A stretch of DNA of 63,698 bases, filler included, from Phoronis australis (lineage: Eukaryota; Animalia; Phoronida): the NCBI GenBank assembly GCA_002633005.1. It is 8 parts of 8 records of this genome, joined end to end, with 100 filler letters (N's around TTAATTAATTAA, not from the genome) between each part and the next. Parts side by side here need not be neighbours in the genome. Positions count along the whole stretch, not along the records: positions 49,314 to 59,374 come from NMRA01000070.1; positions 59,475 to 61,933 come from NMRA01003661.1; positions 62,034 to 63,698 come from NMRA01001349.1; 5 more parts are not named here. The stretch is one strand, 5' to 3'. The first letter of the stretch is position 1; each line of letters opens with the position of its first letter. The notes beneath the pieces are model-generated. The model was not told where the DNA came from, did not search any database, and saw only the letters and a program-made list of their open reading frames with translations. Below are positions 50,366-63,683 of this stretch, one piece after another. The position numbers and the translations under genes are program-made.

Positions 50366-52158
50366 AGTCCTACCCCCTTCCCTTAAATTTTAGTATTTTA
50401 TCGTCAAATTTCTGCTCCTGATATTTCCCGATAGGTCCCGCCATGTTGAATGGAAGTGGTAGTCTGAGGGCCAAAAACTGACTAAGTCTACCGACACCCG
50501 TATTCTGCTGAGCGTCACTCTTCCATATGTTCAAACTGACCGAGATCCATCGACCCCAGGCTCTAGCTACGGTTTCTAGGGTTCAAATTCTTATGGTGGC
50601 TGTGTTACAGATCCACTATCAAGAATCCCCGAAAGATTAGTTGTAAAGGTCCGAAATCCGTGAAATGGGTATCTTTAAATTTCGTGGAAAAGGGATCAAG
50701 TGATCACAATTCTAAAAATTTATAGAAAAGGATGCAATGCTGTCCGTTGTTTCCCATGTTATCGCAGGACAACTTTAGGGGGCATCTCGTGCTGGCGAAC
50801 ACCATACAGAATCAATGATGTTATTTCATTTAGCAACAGGTGTGGCTGCAATTTTGAGTTCAAACAAACATAGCGGTGTCAACTGGGAATTAGTACGAAT
50901 AGAAATTTGGCAATCAAATGGTGAGAAAACGTGGTATGGGACACATTCATATATTTTTGGAATGAGAACGATGGGCGAAATCGATTGATACCAAAATCAT
51001 GTATAAATATTGTCATATTGTAAACTGTAAACAATTAACAGGATAGGAATTCCACTGTTGCTTCACTTTTTAGCAGTCTACATCAAACACAAATGTCATT
51101 AAATTTACACAAAACAGGGGCTCCACGAGCAATGGTTCTTTCTCCTGATACCATTTACAACATCCTTCTCCAGCGAGTTCGAGAAAAACACAAAAATCTT
51201 TCCAAAAGGCCGATGTAGCCGGGCAACGTAAGTTGGTTTGAGGTCAAGTATTGAATTACCCGATGAGTTACAGATGGATAACAGCAATCACCAGTTCATC
51301 ACAAAAGGTTGCTTTTATGATGTTTCTGAACTTTTGCCGGTGTTTTCCTTTTTGCTGTCACAATGGCTGTCTGTGACTTTGGACGGCTCTGACTACCGTT
51401 TTCTCTATATCTGCTGAGTTCTTCAATGTTTTTTCTTGAACTTTGGTAAACAATTTTCTATTGTGAAGATGTCAACATCTTTCCAGTTTGTAATTGATTT
51501 GACGTGTTCTGCACCACCTAGCGGCCATGTCAATTATTTTTTAGTTTTTTGCTGTCTGCGTCTGTATCCACCGAACCACTTAGACGATCGTCATGAAAAC
51601 TGGCAGATGTGTTTCTACAGACATGAGCATTACTACCGTGCATTTTCAGATTGGTTCAACTACTGTGGTGCACCCTAATGACATTATTTTCGCATCTGCG
51701 ACTATATCTACTAAACTCCTTGCACGATCACAATTTGTCGAATCTATTCCTATCTGTTTTTAGTTGACAAATGTTGGACGGATTCCACTACCGCTCTGCC
51801 TTCTAATAGCAGTTTGCTTGTTTATGCCTGCTCCTATATCTTTGGAGTTCCTCGGTGGATTTAAGTTTTGTAATAGAGAGATGGCGATGCTTTCCCAATG
51901 TCGAACAGAATTGACATATTTTGTGCCATTTGATGGCTATTTTGTGGTACTTAAAGCACTATTAGAAGCACACCATTTGTGTTGCAGCCGTGGGCGCATT
52001 TTAACGCTCTGCATTGCTTTTGTGACCCTTACCATTGTATGAAATGTTCTCCCAAAGTAATTGTTGCATTGCCTAAACTGTACTCAATATGTCTTTCTCA
52101 TCAATCAGTATCTCAATTTTCTTCTGTAATCCTGTTATATTTTCTTCTATGCTTTCAG

Positions 52159-55100
52159 TCAACTGGTCTTACAGGACTGGCTGTATCACCACATCCAATC
52201 AAGGTATGTGTTTTTGCTTCATGTTCTTAATGAAACTTTATGGCCAAAAAATTACTGTTGGTGTTGAGGTCTTTTTCAAGACTTGAAGCAGAAATTTGGT
52301 CTTGTCCTCCACAGACTCCACGCCGCAATTGATAAAAATGGTTTAACAAAGTAATTATCAGAACATCACAGTTTAAAAATAGTTTGAAGAAATGATCTCA
52401 GTAACTAATAGAGCTTATGTGTATTTTCTAGTATTCTGCCCTTTTGCTGAAGTTCAATTCAATTATTTTTCCTGAAATTCTTGGCGTAACGCCAAATTGT
52501 TGACTTAAGTAACTTTTCCTGAAAGTAGGTCTTTGTTTTATGTTTTTTTGGAAAATCAAGTCGGTGTGGTATTTTTTAGTTGCTCATTTCATCAAAAACA
52601 AGATCCTCCCAGCAAATCATGGCATTTCATACCTTGCTTTCCCTTGAAGCAGCTTTTAAAAAATGAGACCTTGGCTGAAACTGATATGGCCTGCCGTTTG
52701 TTTTACTTTTTTTAGTAGGCGAGTGCATGTGTCAAAATAGGTCAGGGTACAGACTATGTTTCTTTGTGGGCTTTACGAAAACATTCTGCATCGAACTCTT
52801 TAGTGTCTTTGACTTCATCCATTTCTGGTGTGCATGCTGGGCCAGGTTGACAGGGATGAAATGAAATTTCTTTCGTTCGGGGACATTTTAAGGAGTTGGT
52901 CATTTCTGTGTAAATCATTTGGATATCCCACTGCATGTTACTGGCAAGTTGGTGGCACTTTGGCAAATAATTTACAAAAAATGCTGGGAAAAATGCCACT
53001 GCTATAAATCCACGTACGGATGTAGAGTGCTGTCCACTAAGGTCATCTAGTGACCAGATATATTTCACCATGCCATGGCTATATTGGAAAATTACTATTA
53101 GATCCCAGGTGATGGTATTCCCATTCAAACAGTGCTAGTATAGGGAGGGATGCACCTCCAAGGAAGGTCCTTGTGTAGTAAAGAAAGTGCTGGTTCCAAT
53201 TTCTGCCAGATACCTACTTTGGGCCTAAATTGTTTAGGGAAACCCCACAGTGGGGGTGGGCATGTTTGTTGGTGAACTGCAGGGAGGTGTACTGCACAAA
53301 CACTTTCAGTCTGCTAAGCAACCCACTCCCCCATCTTTTGCGTCTCATTGTCCCCACTAAGTTCGTTAAAAATGTGTTCATTTTTGTTTAATATGGATTT
53401 CTAAAATGACTATTACCAAGCTGTGTGTTTACATCACTTTCTATCGTTGTGTGGATACTAAACAACACGCCAGGGGACAGTAATCAACATGCAAAAACAT
53501 GTTTCCAAGGTTACCATGGATCTGTAGTTTTACTTAATTGTAACATCAAAAACAGTTGCATTCCATTTAAAGTGTTGATGTGACTGGTCCGTAGTGACCA
53601 ATCATCTGATAGTTGACGGCAACTGCCATGATCTGTTACTTCCAGACCCTGAATGTGTTGTATGACAGAATCCTAAAAGTGCTGCAAAAGATGCCTCAAG
53701 AGGCAGCCTACAGGAGGCACACGGAGCAGATTGTTAAGGACAGGCAAGAGGTCACAAAACAGGTACGCGTTCTTGGGACTATTTCCGTGTAAAATGACAA
53801 GACTGAAGACCAGAATTTTGCCTATAAGTTGAAATGGAAATTTGGGCAAAGTTAAGACTGAAAATGAAGATTAAGAAAAGACCCATCATGTACACAAATN
53901 GACTATGACCAGTTGGCCGGGATGAATTGAAAAGATGATTGAGAAATTATTTACAACCCGCATTACAGCATAAATAGACTAGCAGCTCGTTCTGCCGCTT
54001 GAGTGAGATCGGTGATTAGGCTTTCAATAAGTGACCACTTGGCTATGGCCAGTTGCTGTAAAGCGTAATTTGAACCAGTGAAGGCCTTATTAACGATGAC
54101 AGCGCTTTTTTACAGACTGGTCCCCATTTTTTTAAATTGGTCGCGGCATTTTTAAACAGGACGCATGACATTTAAACAGGATGTGCATTCGGCCAAACAG
54201 GATGCTGCGACACATTAAAAGCGGTCGTGGAGAACACTGATGGTACAACATTGAGAAAAGTTTCATTGGGATTTGTTCCTCAACAGTTTTATAGTGGTGA
54301 CTGTCACGTTTTAATTTAGAGCAAAAATTCTATCTTAAGCCTGCTCTGAAGCACCAAACTTTTGGTCCGTTTTGGTCTTAATTTTGATCTTGGGAAATTT
54401 CATGGAAGAGGGCTAAGACAGTTGGGTCTTAAGTTAAGACTGAAGAGGTTTCATGAAATGGGCCCCTGTGTTGCATTTTTGTTGTTTTTATACTAATATG
54501 CTGCAAGATGACTGCTTCCAGTGATGAGTGCAATGGTTTTCAAAAGCAGTTGTGAGTACCATCGAAATTCATCTAGCTTCATGGAAATTGTGGTGAAAAG
54601 TGGAAGAAAATTCTGTTTTTGATTTTTAGAATTCTGTTCCAAATTGGTGCAGCAATGCAGTTGTAGCTTGTTGTCCCTCTGTTTTTCAACCGGTTGGTTA
54701 CTTTAAGCGTCCTTGATCCATTTCATAAAACTTTCTTCATGAGCAACTAGTGTTGCTGTGTAGCAGGAATTTCTGAATAAGGAGCCTGTATATCTTTGTG
54801 TACAACAGGAAACTGATTGGCAGAGAGTGGAAGATAGACTGCAGTGTGGTCAGGTAGAAGAACTCATTTTACAGGTGAGCTTTAGCAATTCGTAGAACCC
54901 TCATGATGGCCTAAGAGGTCGTTCTTGCATAATCAAATAATGCTAAAAATCTCATTATAACAGACGTAAGAAATTTCAGTTTCAGTTTCATTTTTTGAAG
55001 GTGCATAGCACCAAATGAGGATGTTCTAGCTCTCTGCCACTGCTACCATGAGAGTGTGTTTTGTACGACATTAGTTCATTTTCCGATGTGTTTACTTTGC

Positions 55101-55529
55101 TCGCTTTAAGTATTGTCAGGGAGTAAATGGTATTTAGAAAAGGAATGATGCATGAATTTGCTACCTGCTCAAGCTATGATTAATCTTGAGCAAGGTTTAA
55201 GACGCAATGGAACCATGTTACGTGGTGGTAAATCAGGGGAGTAAACCTGCGTCAAAAACTACATCAGTCTATGCTTCGAGTTTTTGCTGATTTTTGGAAA
55301 GAAACTTTTGAAAATTTTACAAACTAAATTGTTGCCATTTAGCAGGCTTTGACGCATCCTTGCTCGGCATGCTTTCTTATGCTATTTTTCTTTTGTGAAA
55401 TTCAAATAAATTTGCTACTTCCAGGCCGACAGGGAATTGATTCTAGCTCGGAAAATGCTCATATGGAAACCATGGGAACCACTGGTAGGAAAGGCCCCAA
55501 ACAACCAGTGGACCTGGCCCCCTGTGTAG
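52159..55529 (+). CDS. NDUFA5: NADH:ubiquinone oxidoreductase subunit A5. Exons: 52159-52203, 53646-53762, 54809-54874, 55425-55529; short first exon not located
   Basis: [15 protein letters not shown]|[39 protein letters not shown]|[22 protein letters not shown]|[34 protein letters not shown], all phase-0 GT-AG introns. Confidence 0.95.
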
Positions 55530-57042
55530 TGATTAGCAAGTGCTGTAGAGACACAGAAATGGATATTGTCAGCTGGCTTTGTGTTTGAACAGACTGTGTG
55601 TGACAGGACTGTAGCATTACTGAGCCCAGTTAAGAACTGGGACGGTGAAATATCTGCATTGTGTGTTTAGAGGAGTAATGAAATGTGCAGGAAGAGTGAA
55701 TAAATTATATACAACTTTATATTGATTTCTCTTATATAGCAGATTTAGACCATTTTCATCAATTGACAAAATTCGTATTTTACGTCATCGCAGGCCGTAG
55801 GTCATCAGGAGTTTCCCAAAGATGTTTAGTAAGGGTATGGAGGACCCTAGATAAATATCCAAAGTTTCATTATTTTCAGAATGTTAGAAAAAGCTCGGGG
55901 TACTCGTATGAACTTTCAGGTACTGTGATTTATGCACTGTTCCCCAGAACTGTGTTGGAAATTTAAAATGTTCCACTTTTGAATGTGATGGTGTCAAAAA
56001 TAGGACTAACAGTCTTCATGAAGAAAGTCAAAAAGCAAGCATAAAATGCAAATAAATGATGATTGCGAAAAGTGGAACTGTATTAGTTGTGATATCTGAT
56101 TTGTATCAAACAAAATTTTGTTAATGTTACCGATATGTTGTTTTTTACTATTAATGCGCCTTTTTTCCTTAGTTTTACTGAAACTTGTTATAATAAATCT
56201 TCGGGCTTCCCATTTCCTGAAAATATGTACAATGTACTGTTACTAAGTTTTTTTGCTGAGATACATGTAAAATGTGTAGTTTTGTACTAGATATTTGTCT
56301 AAATTCACAGACTTGTCAGTCAGGTCAGGCATAACCTTAAGTCAAGGATTCTGTTTTGTAAAGACTCCTTGTCTGGTACATCTCCACATGAAGCTAGTCT
56401 GCATGGCAAAATTTACAAAGCTAGTCCCACTTGTATTATCTACAATCCACTTTTCTCTATTTTGCTCATCTACTTTAATTTCTCCTCAACTCACATCTCA
56501 CGGTTTTGAAAAAGTATTGTGGAGATTCTATAAGTAACATTTCCTGTCTTGAGACTCTTCACAGAGGCACTAAAACAAGTCTAACTGTATTAATAATCAC
56601 TCTCATTTTTATTATATTATACGTCACAGGTTTGTTGTGTTAGTTTCATCTTAACCTGCACATTGCTTTCATTTTCAGCGTTCATAATTACTTGGCTAAG
56701 TGTTTATTCAGCCAAGTGTGAAGTGAGAGCTAAGACCACTGCAAATTTCTTACTAGGTGTAATGTCATTGTTAATTACGTGTATTAGTGTGAAAGGCCAG
56801 CAATTTTTAAAAGTCCCGCATCCAGTCTCCGCCTCCACTTCCATTCCACAAATGCTGCATCCTACTCGCTACTGAACTTAACCTGCGTGGCTTATTCATA
56901 CACATCTGTGTAAGTGAATGTAGAACTAAGGTGTTCGGCCTTTTCCGGCCGTTTACGTTGCTTTCGCTTGCTCTGTGGACGTAAATGCATGCCAACGGAA
57001 CTGCTGTGGACGCCGAAAATATGTTTCTCCAAGATAATCCTT

Positions 57043-59265
57043 CTAGGATTTTGTGTTGTACACTATTTGACTGTTCAGTAACTCCGAGTTTACGATATCG
57101 AATTGTCTCTGTTTGTTCACGTGCATAAGAAGTTCGATCTGTCTGCTGCCGGTCGCTGCCTCCGGTTCGTGATTCAAATTCGACAAACATTCCTCGCAGA
57201 TCAGTCGAGTCCAGGTATAGAACACAGCAGCCCCGCGACTCATGTTCGCCACCTCATCTACACTGTATTGACGAATGATCTGTAGCGCTCGTGCGGCAAT
57301 TTCTGGGTGTAAATACCTGTGAAAACGAAAAACAGTGTAGCCAGCGGCCATTTTCTAGATCGTGATCCAGCGTGCCAGTTAGCAGTGGAACAGAGATGTT
57401 TGCTGTGGCTAGAAAAGCACTTCTGTTCTTGAAGTTGCTGAGTCGTTGCTTTTCCACCATTTTTGTTTGGTATTGATTTTTGGGAGTTGAATCTAGACTA
57501 AATTTTACGAGTTTTAACAAAGTTTTGGTATTTTACGGAGGAATGTTGTGGTTGCGGTCATCGACATTTGACATTTCTGATTTTTCTGTGCACAGGATTA
57601 AATTTCCTGCCATTGTTTTCTTGGTGAATGCAAGGATTTTTTGTATTCTAAATGAAGATCATGATTGGTTTCCATATACAACAAAGTAAAATTCGGTTCA
57701 GCTCACCATGTTCTATTTCCGCCGAAAGACTCCCGGCTATCGAACGCAATCATGTCGTCAGTAGGCCTATGTTACAGTCAAAGAAAATGTTCTGCAAAAC
57801 CGTGTCAAGTGACAATGTTTTAACTCAGTGTCTTTTCTCAGTGTCTTTTTAAAAGGAAAAGTGTAAACTCCTCTTCTGCTACAAAATCCAACTTTTGATT
57901 CTCATCTTATAACCGCTATGAAATTGGTCTCAAATTGTTTGATCCTTAGTCAAAATAGATGCGACTTCTAGTTTGGTAAGAACAACTAGTTCGTTATTGC
58001 GTGAGACCCTGTTATATAATAGCCCCATAGTCTAAATCAAAAGTCAGTTTCTTCCACGAAACGCAGGTTTTATGAACTCTCAATCAAAAAGTTTAGTATG
58101 CGAGACACTGACGTTATCAATGAAATAATTCGAAGCATAAGCAGGGTTCATTTTAGAAACGAAGTCCCTGTCAGTATGGGTCCATTGACCCACAGGGCCT
58201 CAAACCTGGGTCAACTTGGAAGACCTAGTAGTGTATAGATCAACGCGTTTCTTTCATTTCAGTTTTTATAAAAACCTAACTGCTGGCATTTCGTTTGTTT
58301 GCGTTCCTTGCAATTAGTCATTAAAAAATTTTGTGAACATTTTGAATATACATACATGCATCTACAAAAAATAAGCAGATTGTCTCATTGCCCAGGGTTA
58401 CAGTCGGTGGCACACAGCTTGATAAAAGAGCCTATTGAACCCACTGATATTTATAATTAACTTTAAGAAGAGAATATTTATACGAGAACTTTTAGTAGTT
58501 GGCTATCTTGGCTCCGGGTGTGTCGTTTTTGAGTAACCCCGGTTGTAAACACGGATAAATGTCGCTTAGTAGTCTTCCATTCAAAATATGCTACACTCGG
58601 AAAGAGTTCTAAACGAATTTGCTGTACTGAGAACTTCAGTTGTAGTTTTCTTATCCTGTTTGTCACAGAGTGTTGGGCGTGCATAATAATATTTCCCTGT
58701 GTATATCCACAGTTTGAACCTGTTAAACNTCATCGCTTACTTTCATTGAGATTGTTGTTTACAGTTTTAGTCATTTGTTTTTTATCCAGGCAGGGCCTTA
58801 AAAATATCCCTCCATAGGGACCAAATCTGGGAAGCCAAGGGATGTCAAATGATGTCACCAGTCGCTGTGGACATCAAGGGATCCTCCAATGCTTTTTGTT
58901 GGTTGAAACTAATAGATATCGCGACTAGAGAAATTCTGCACCACGTGTTACATCTTCAGAAAATGACCCGTTTTTTGTGCAGGCCTACACAGTCGCTGTC
59001 ACCTCAGGTTAAACGTGCTCATACGGTGAAATAGGCCGTGGTAATCCTTTGAGTAGACCGTGCTGCAACGTTTTTTGCACACCATCCAGTCTTTGGTGAC
59101 TTCCTCGCAGTCGCCCGTCACCAGAAGAGCGGCTCGTAGTATCTCGTGCACGGCCGCGGGTGGCACCCGATACTTGGCCACCTCGATCATGATGTCCTGA
59201 GTTATGGCCACCACGTCGTCTGTCGTCTTCTTGATGCTAAGTAGGACGGCCTTTCGAGTGGAGGC
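57043..59265 (-). CDS. 3' part of an uncharacterised protein with a dynein MTBD-like domain. Exons: 59265-59003, 57316-57043
   Basis: A phase-2 intron joins IEVAKYRVPPAAVHEILRAALLVTGD..KDWMVCKK..LFHRMSTFNL-R-YLHPEIAARALQIIRQYSVDEVANMSRGAAVFYTW. The 5' end is lost at a gap. Confidence 0.7.
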
Positions 59266-59559
59266 CTGGAAAGCATGAAATTAGATTTAGAAAATCCTTG
59301 CCACATATCAGTGAAGCAAACGTAGCGTCCGCTGTCGTATCCATGCTAATAGGTTGGAGTAATGAGCTAAATTTNNNNNNNNNNNNNNNNNNNNNNNNNN
59401 NNNNNNNNNNNNNNNNNNTTAATTAATTAANNNNNNNNNNNNNNNNNNNNNNNNNNNNNNNNNNNNNNNNNNNNAAAATGGCCAGCGAGTACTGTGAATC
59501 AAGCAGAAAACAAATACATGTTGACGATCAGAAACATAACTGGAAACACCTGTGCTCCG

Positions 59560-59890
59560 CGCCAACGTCTGGGAGCCTACCATTTTCAACCGTGGATAGG
59601 TAGTTCAAAAGAAGTACAGAGAGAGGAGATGGTCCAGGAAGATGACAGGAGGGTTGAAGAGGATGCTAAAAGGACCACAGCAGTTCAACTCAAGCAACAA
59701 AATGTGCTTAGACAAGATGGAAACTGCCAGAGGGGAAATTAATGTGGAGTGAATTGCGGAAGAAGGATCCAATGAAAATTGGGTTCTTATTACGATAAGT
59801 ATTCAACGTGTTACCATTGCCGGCAATCTCCAGAGGATGAAGTGGCAAAATGCGCGACACTCCCGCCAAAAGTGGAACAATTGGCATGTA
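59560..59890 (+). mobile_element. Degenerate non-LTR retrotransposon fragment (R2/NeSL/Hero-like region downstream of RT)
   Basis: REEMVQEDDRRVEEDAKRTTAVQLKQQ, then after a frameshift A*TRWK..KLMWSELRKKDPMKIGFLLR*VFNVLPLPA. Confidence 0.55.
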
Positions 59891-60059
59891 AGGCTTACAT
59901 AACCATGGTAACCTAGCTTACCTGTTTTAGGATTCCTTGATTTTCTATACACTCATGAGAAACCAGAAACCACAAAGGCAATTAAATCTTAAATGATTTT
60001 CTGACTCTACAAAAAGATAGCGCTGCAGACAAAAAATAAAAATCTGGTGTTTAACTCAC

Positions 60060-60249
60060 CTTTTGACCAGCATCAGCTAGAAGCATAATTCCAATGCCTT
60101 CAGTTTTGTTGCTATAGAGATCATTAGCAGTGGACGGCCAGTTGCCATCTCCATATTCATCTGCAGCCCCACTACGCCTGGTTCTGGGGAACTTCTTGTG
60201 AAACTTGGCTCCAAATAGCATGTTAAATGTGTCTTTGGCTTTGGCAACA
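60060..60249 (-). CDS. Candidate 190-nt internal exon of unknown identity
   Basis: catctgtag| open frame VAKAKDTFNMLFGAKFHKKF...GIGIMLLADAGQK |gtgagt. It ends in phase 0, compatible with the exon starting at 59265. Confidence 0.35.
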
Positions 60250-60939
60250 CTACAGATGAACAGCTCAAATTATCAATTGACCACTTCTTTAAATGATATT
60301 GAGTGAGCTGTTGTTGCTTTAATTTCTGTCAACTACATTCCATCATGTTATTGGGTTACAGACAACAGATTCGCAACTCCGACATTTTCTTCCATACTAT
60401 CCTAGAGGTGCCGCCACTCTCCTAACTTATCTGGTTCATTTTCCAGTTAGTGTACTGAGACGGGAAATTCTCGCATCTATTTTACTGTCCAGTACAACGA
60501 AAACACAATAATAATTTCGGCATTGGAACGTTGTTCACAACCTTAAAATAGTAGAACTGTTGGTATCTTGAGTACTTTTAGCAATACTACTACCACCCGG
60601 CCACACAACAGCCAACCAAGATTAGCAGACGATGTACTTGCCACAAATAATACCACATAATTTGGCCAGGTGTCACTATTGAATAATGACCTAACGTTGT
60701 GCGGAAGAGCACAGATTTCGTCCATTGAAAGTATACAGAGTTGGCGGTCCATGTACTATAGTCTGTGTTTACTGTATGAAAAAAATCTAATTTCAATTTT
60801 TAAGTTAAAAAACAAAGAAACCATGTTTAGCAACAAGATTAAAATCAAACAACAACAAGAGCAACGCGGAGCATTGAAATGCGCCAATGAATGCATCGCA
60901 AATGGTGTGCTTTTAGGGTTATTTATTTGTATCATAAAA

Positions 60940-61933
60940 ATGGCCACTAGATGGCACAAAAACATACAATCCATCCAAAAACAGGAACATGCCATATTTC
61001 ATAAAAATCAGTCAAGGAAGTTCAGAGAAACAAAGGAATACAGAATAGTGGGCACAGTGCCCGTTGGATCTGCCTGAAAGTCGTCGTCTGTTGTTATCTT
61101 CATATAAACACTTACTAAATTTAGTAAAGATCGAGCTGCAGTGGGTTTAAGAGATACAACTATGGGCGCAAAACAAAACTACCACTAGGAGGCATCACAA
61201 TAGTCAGTCACCATCATCAAAGGTCGTCTCCACACTCAGAACATATATGCCAATTTTCAAATGATTTGGTTGATACAGGGGTGGACATCAAAAACTAGAT
61301 TTGAAAACAGCAAAAATGGTGGTGCAAAATACCTCGATTCCATCCAAAAACAGGAAGATAGCATCATCACACCAATAGATGCCTATATTTAAAATTTTAT
61401 GAAAATCTGTTGAGGACCTTTGAAGATACTGCGCGAGTTAACGTAAAAAACTAAAATTGCCTCTAGGGGCACAGCAGTAGTCAGATCTGTCCGAAAGCCG
61501 TCGTCATCCGCACTCAACATCATATCAATACACTTGCTAACTTAAGTAAAGATCCTGCGAACGGTTTAGGAGATACAGCCATAGCGCAACAAAAACAAAA
61601 CAAAACTGCCACTAGGAGGTGCCACAGTAGTCGAAATCATCGGAAAATCATCATCAACTGTCCTCTTTACTGTAAGCACATACATGCCAATTTTCACAAT
61701 CATCCTTTGAGCGGTTTGGTTGATAGAGGGGTGGACGCAAAAACAGACCCGAAAACAGTAAAAATGGCCACTAGGTGGCGCAAACTACATGGAACCCATC
61801 CGAAAACAGGAGGATAGCGTCACCTCACTAATAGGTGCCAACATATTAAATTTCATGAAAATCCGTTGAGGACTTTTGAAGATACAAAGGTAAACGTAAA
61901 AAAATAAAATTGCCACTAGGGGGCACACCGGTA
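60940..61933. repeat. Tandem ~430-450-bp repeat rich in CCACTAGRKGGC motifs
   Basis: Homologous blocks recur (61182/61609, 61460/61913). Same family as 1850-2215. The flank 60360-60560 also matches 4265-4450. Confidence 0.8.
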
Positions 61934-62033
61934 NNNNNNNNNNNNNNNNNNNNNNNNNNNNNNNNNNNNNNNNNNNNTTAATTAATTAANNNNNNNNNNN
62001 NNNNNNNNNNNNNNNNNNNNNNNNNNNNNNNNN

Positions 62034-63207
62034 GATGGGAAGACTTCGTGAGGTCCACGAGAAAATTTAGTGGAGCGTCGCCGTATTCGGTGATATGCAG
62101 TCAACATTTTTCTGCAGACTTTCGAGGACGACAACCTGCAATCGTAGTATGGTTGGAAACCATCAAGGTAAGTGAAATTTTAGATAATATTCAAAACTGT
62201 ACATGCTGTCGCTTTGCAGAAGTGAACAACATTACTAATGGCGTGTAACATCGAAGGACACTGTCGGAAGCCGCTTTTCTTTTGAATTACGATTTTTACA
62301 ACATAATTGTGTGTAGTTGCTTGAATGCTACTTACCTGACGTATTTTTGCAATTAAATAAACATTATGGGGATTAAATTAATTCGAGTGCGGGTGACTTT
62401 TAATGGTTTCGACCCCTCTCTGTTCAGTAATTACTTAAAATGGATATGATAAAATCAAAAATAAGCTTTTGTTATAAGATACAAACTGCAATCCATAACC
62501 TACAAGAAAACTTATCCCACCTTGCTTTCCACCTACGTAAATCAAGAAACGTAGGACAAAACGGCAAGTAGTCTTGCATATCATCGCAGTTTATCCGTCT
62601 ACCAGTCACGTTATTTTGAAATTGCTTTTAATTTAACTTCAAGTATTAAAAATAAATCGAAAATAAACATATTCGCATTCAAACTCGCTGCATTGTTTTT
62701 GTTTTTCATTTACCTAACATGATAAAACGTCTGAAGTTGTGCGGTCATTGTCTTCGGGATCCGTCGCTGTCTCTTCATCCAAAGCGACCGGGACACTTGC
62801 AGGCACTGGTTCGAACCTGTAGGGCCCGTTTATGTTGTCAAGAACACGCTCACGATGGTCGTTGTGCATATCGTCTGTGTCCGACGCTTCATCGTCACAC
62901 TCAAGCAAAAGATTTTCTAAAATGTCCTCGTCGCTGGAAGAGTCGTCGCTAAAGCTTTCGTAATCCATGTTGGTTCCTGCGTTGTGTGACTGCGGTTTAC
63001 CAGTCGAGTTCATTCCTACAACACAGCTGTCTTCCGGACTCGACATCACAGACGCTTATGTAACCGCCTAGTCTGTCGGAGAAGGTCATTACTGCTGGGC
63101 TTATCTATTTAATCGTGCTGTGCGGACAGTAACTAGCCCAAGTAACGGGCTCCTGCAGTGCTATTCTTTGAGTTGAAAAGCAGTTGTTTTGGTATGAAAC
63201 TATGTCT
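62034..63207. mobile_element. Kolobok-like relic with convergent THAP and KolX-like fragments
   Basis: Plus strand: WEDFVRSTR..VICSQHF (THAP). Minus strand 62714-63049: acidic SDDSSSDED..GPYRFEP..DR, ending at a donor site. Candidate terminus ..ctatgtct|ttaa at 63207. Confidence 0.55.
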
Positions 63208-63683
63208 TTAAGTTAACTGCTGATTGTTTATGACGCATTTGATTTGCGTGGCCAAAATGTTGATCAAAGTGCTTTGGACAGAATAAACTGGGTTTTTTTT
63301 CTGAAAATTACCATAAAATGTGAATTTCTATGAAGTTTGACTCATGTGCGTCAACATTTGAATGACTTCTGTCTGAATTATTCAAGAATGCAGGTGCTTG
63401 TTCACATTAATTGTTTTTTATAACATTGTGCCGATTCTCATACCTTTCATGTATTTGCTCTTATCCGATTAACTTCCGTGTTTGATGTCATGTGGTGACT
63501 AAGTGCATGTTGTGTTTCTGGCTTTGCAGCTTCGCCTGCACTGTATTTTCAGTTACCAGTTACAGCATGGGATATTGTTTGCTGTGATAGCAACCAGGGC
63601 AGCGTTCCCTGGACTCAAAAATTCATAGAAGTCTTTGTGGGTGATGTTCGTGATTACGCTGGTCTTATGATGGTCTCGCCTAT

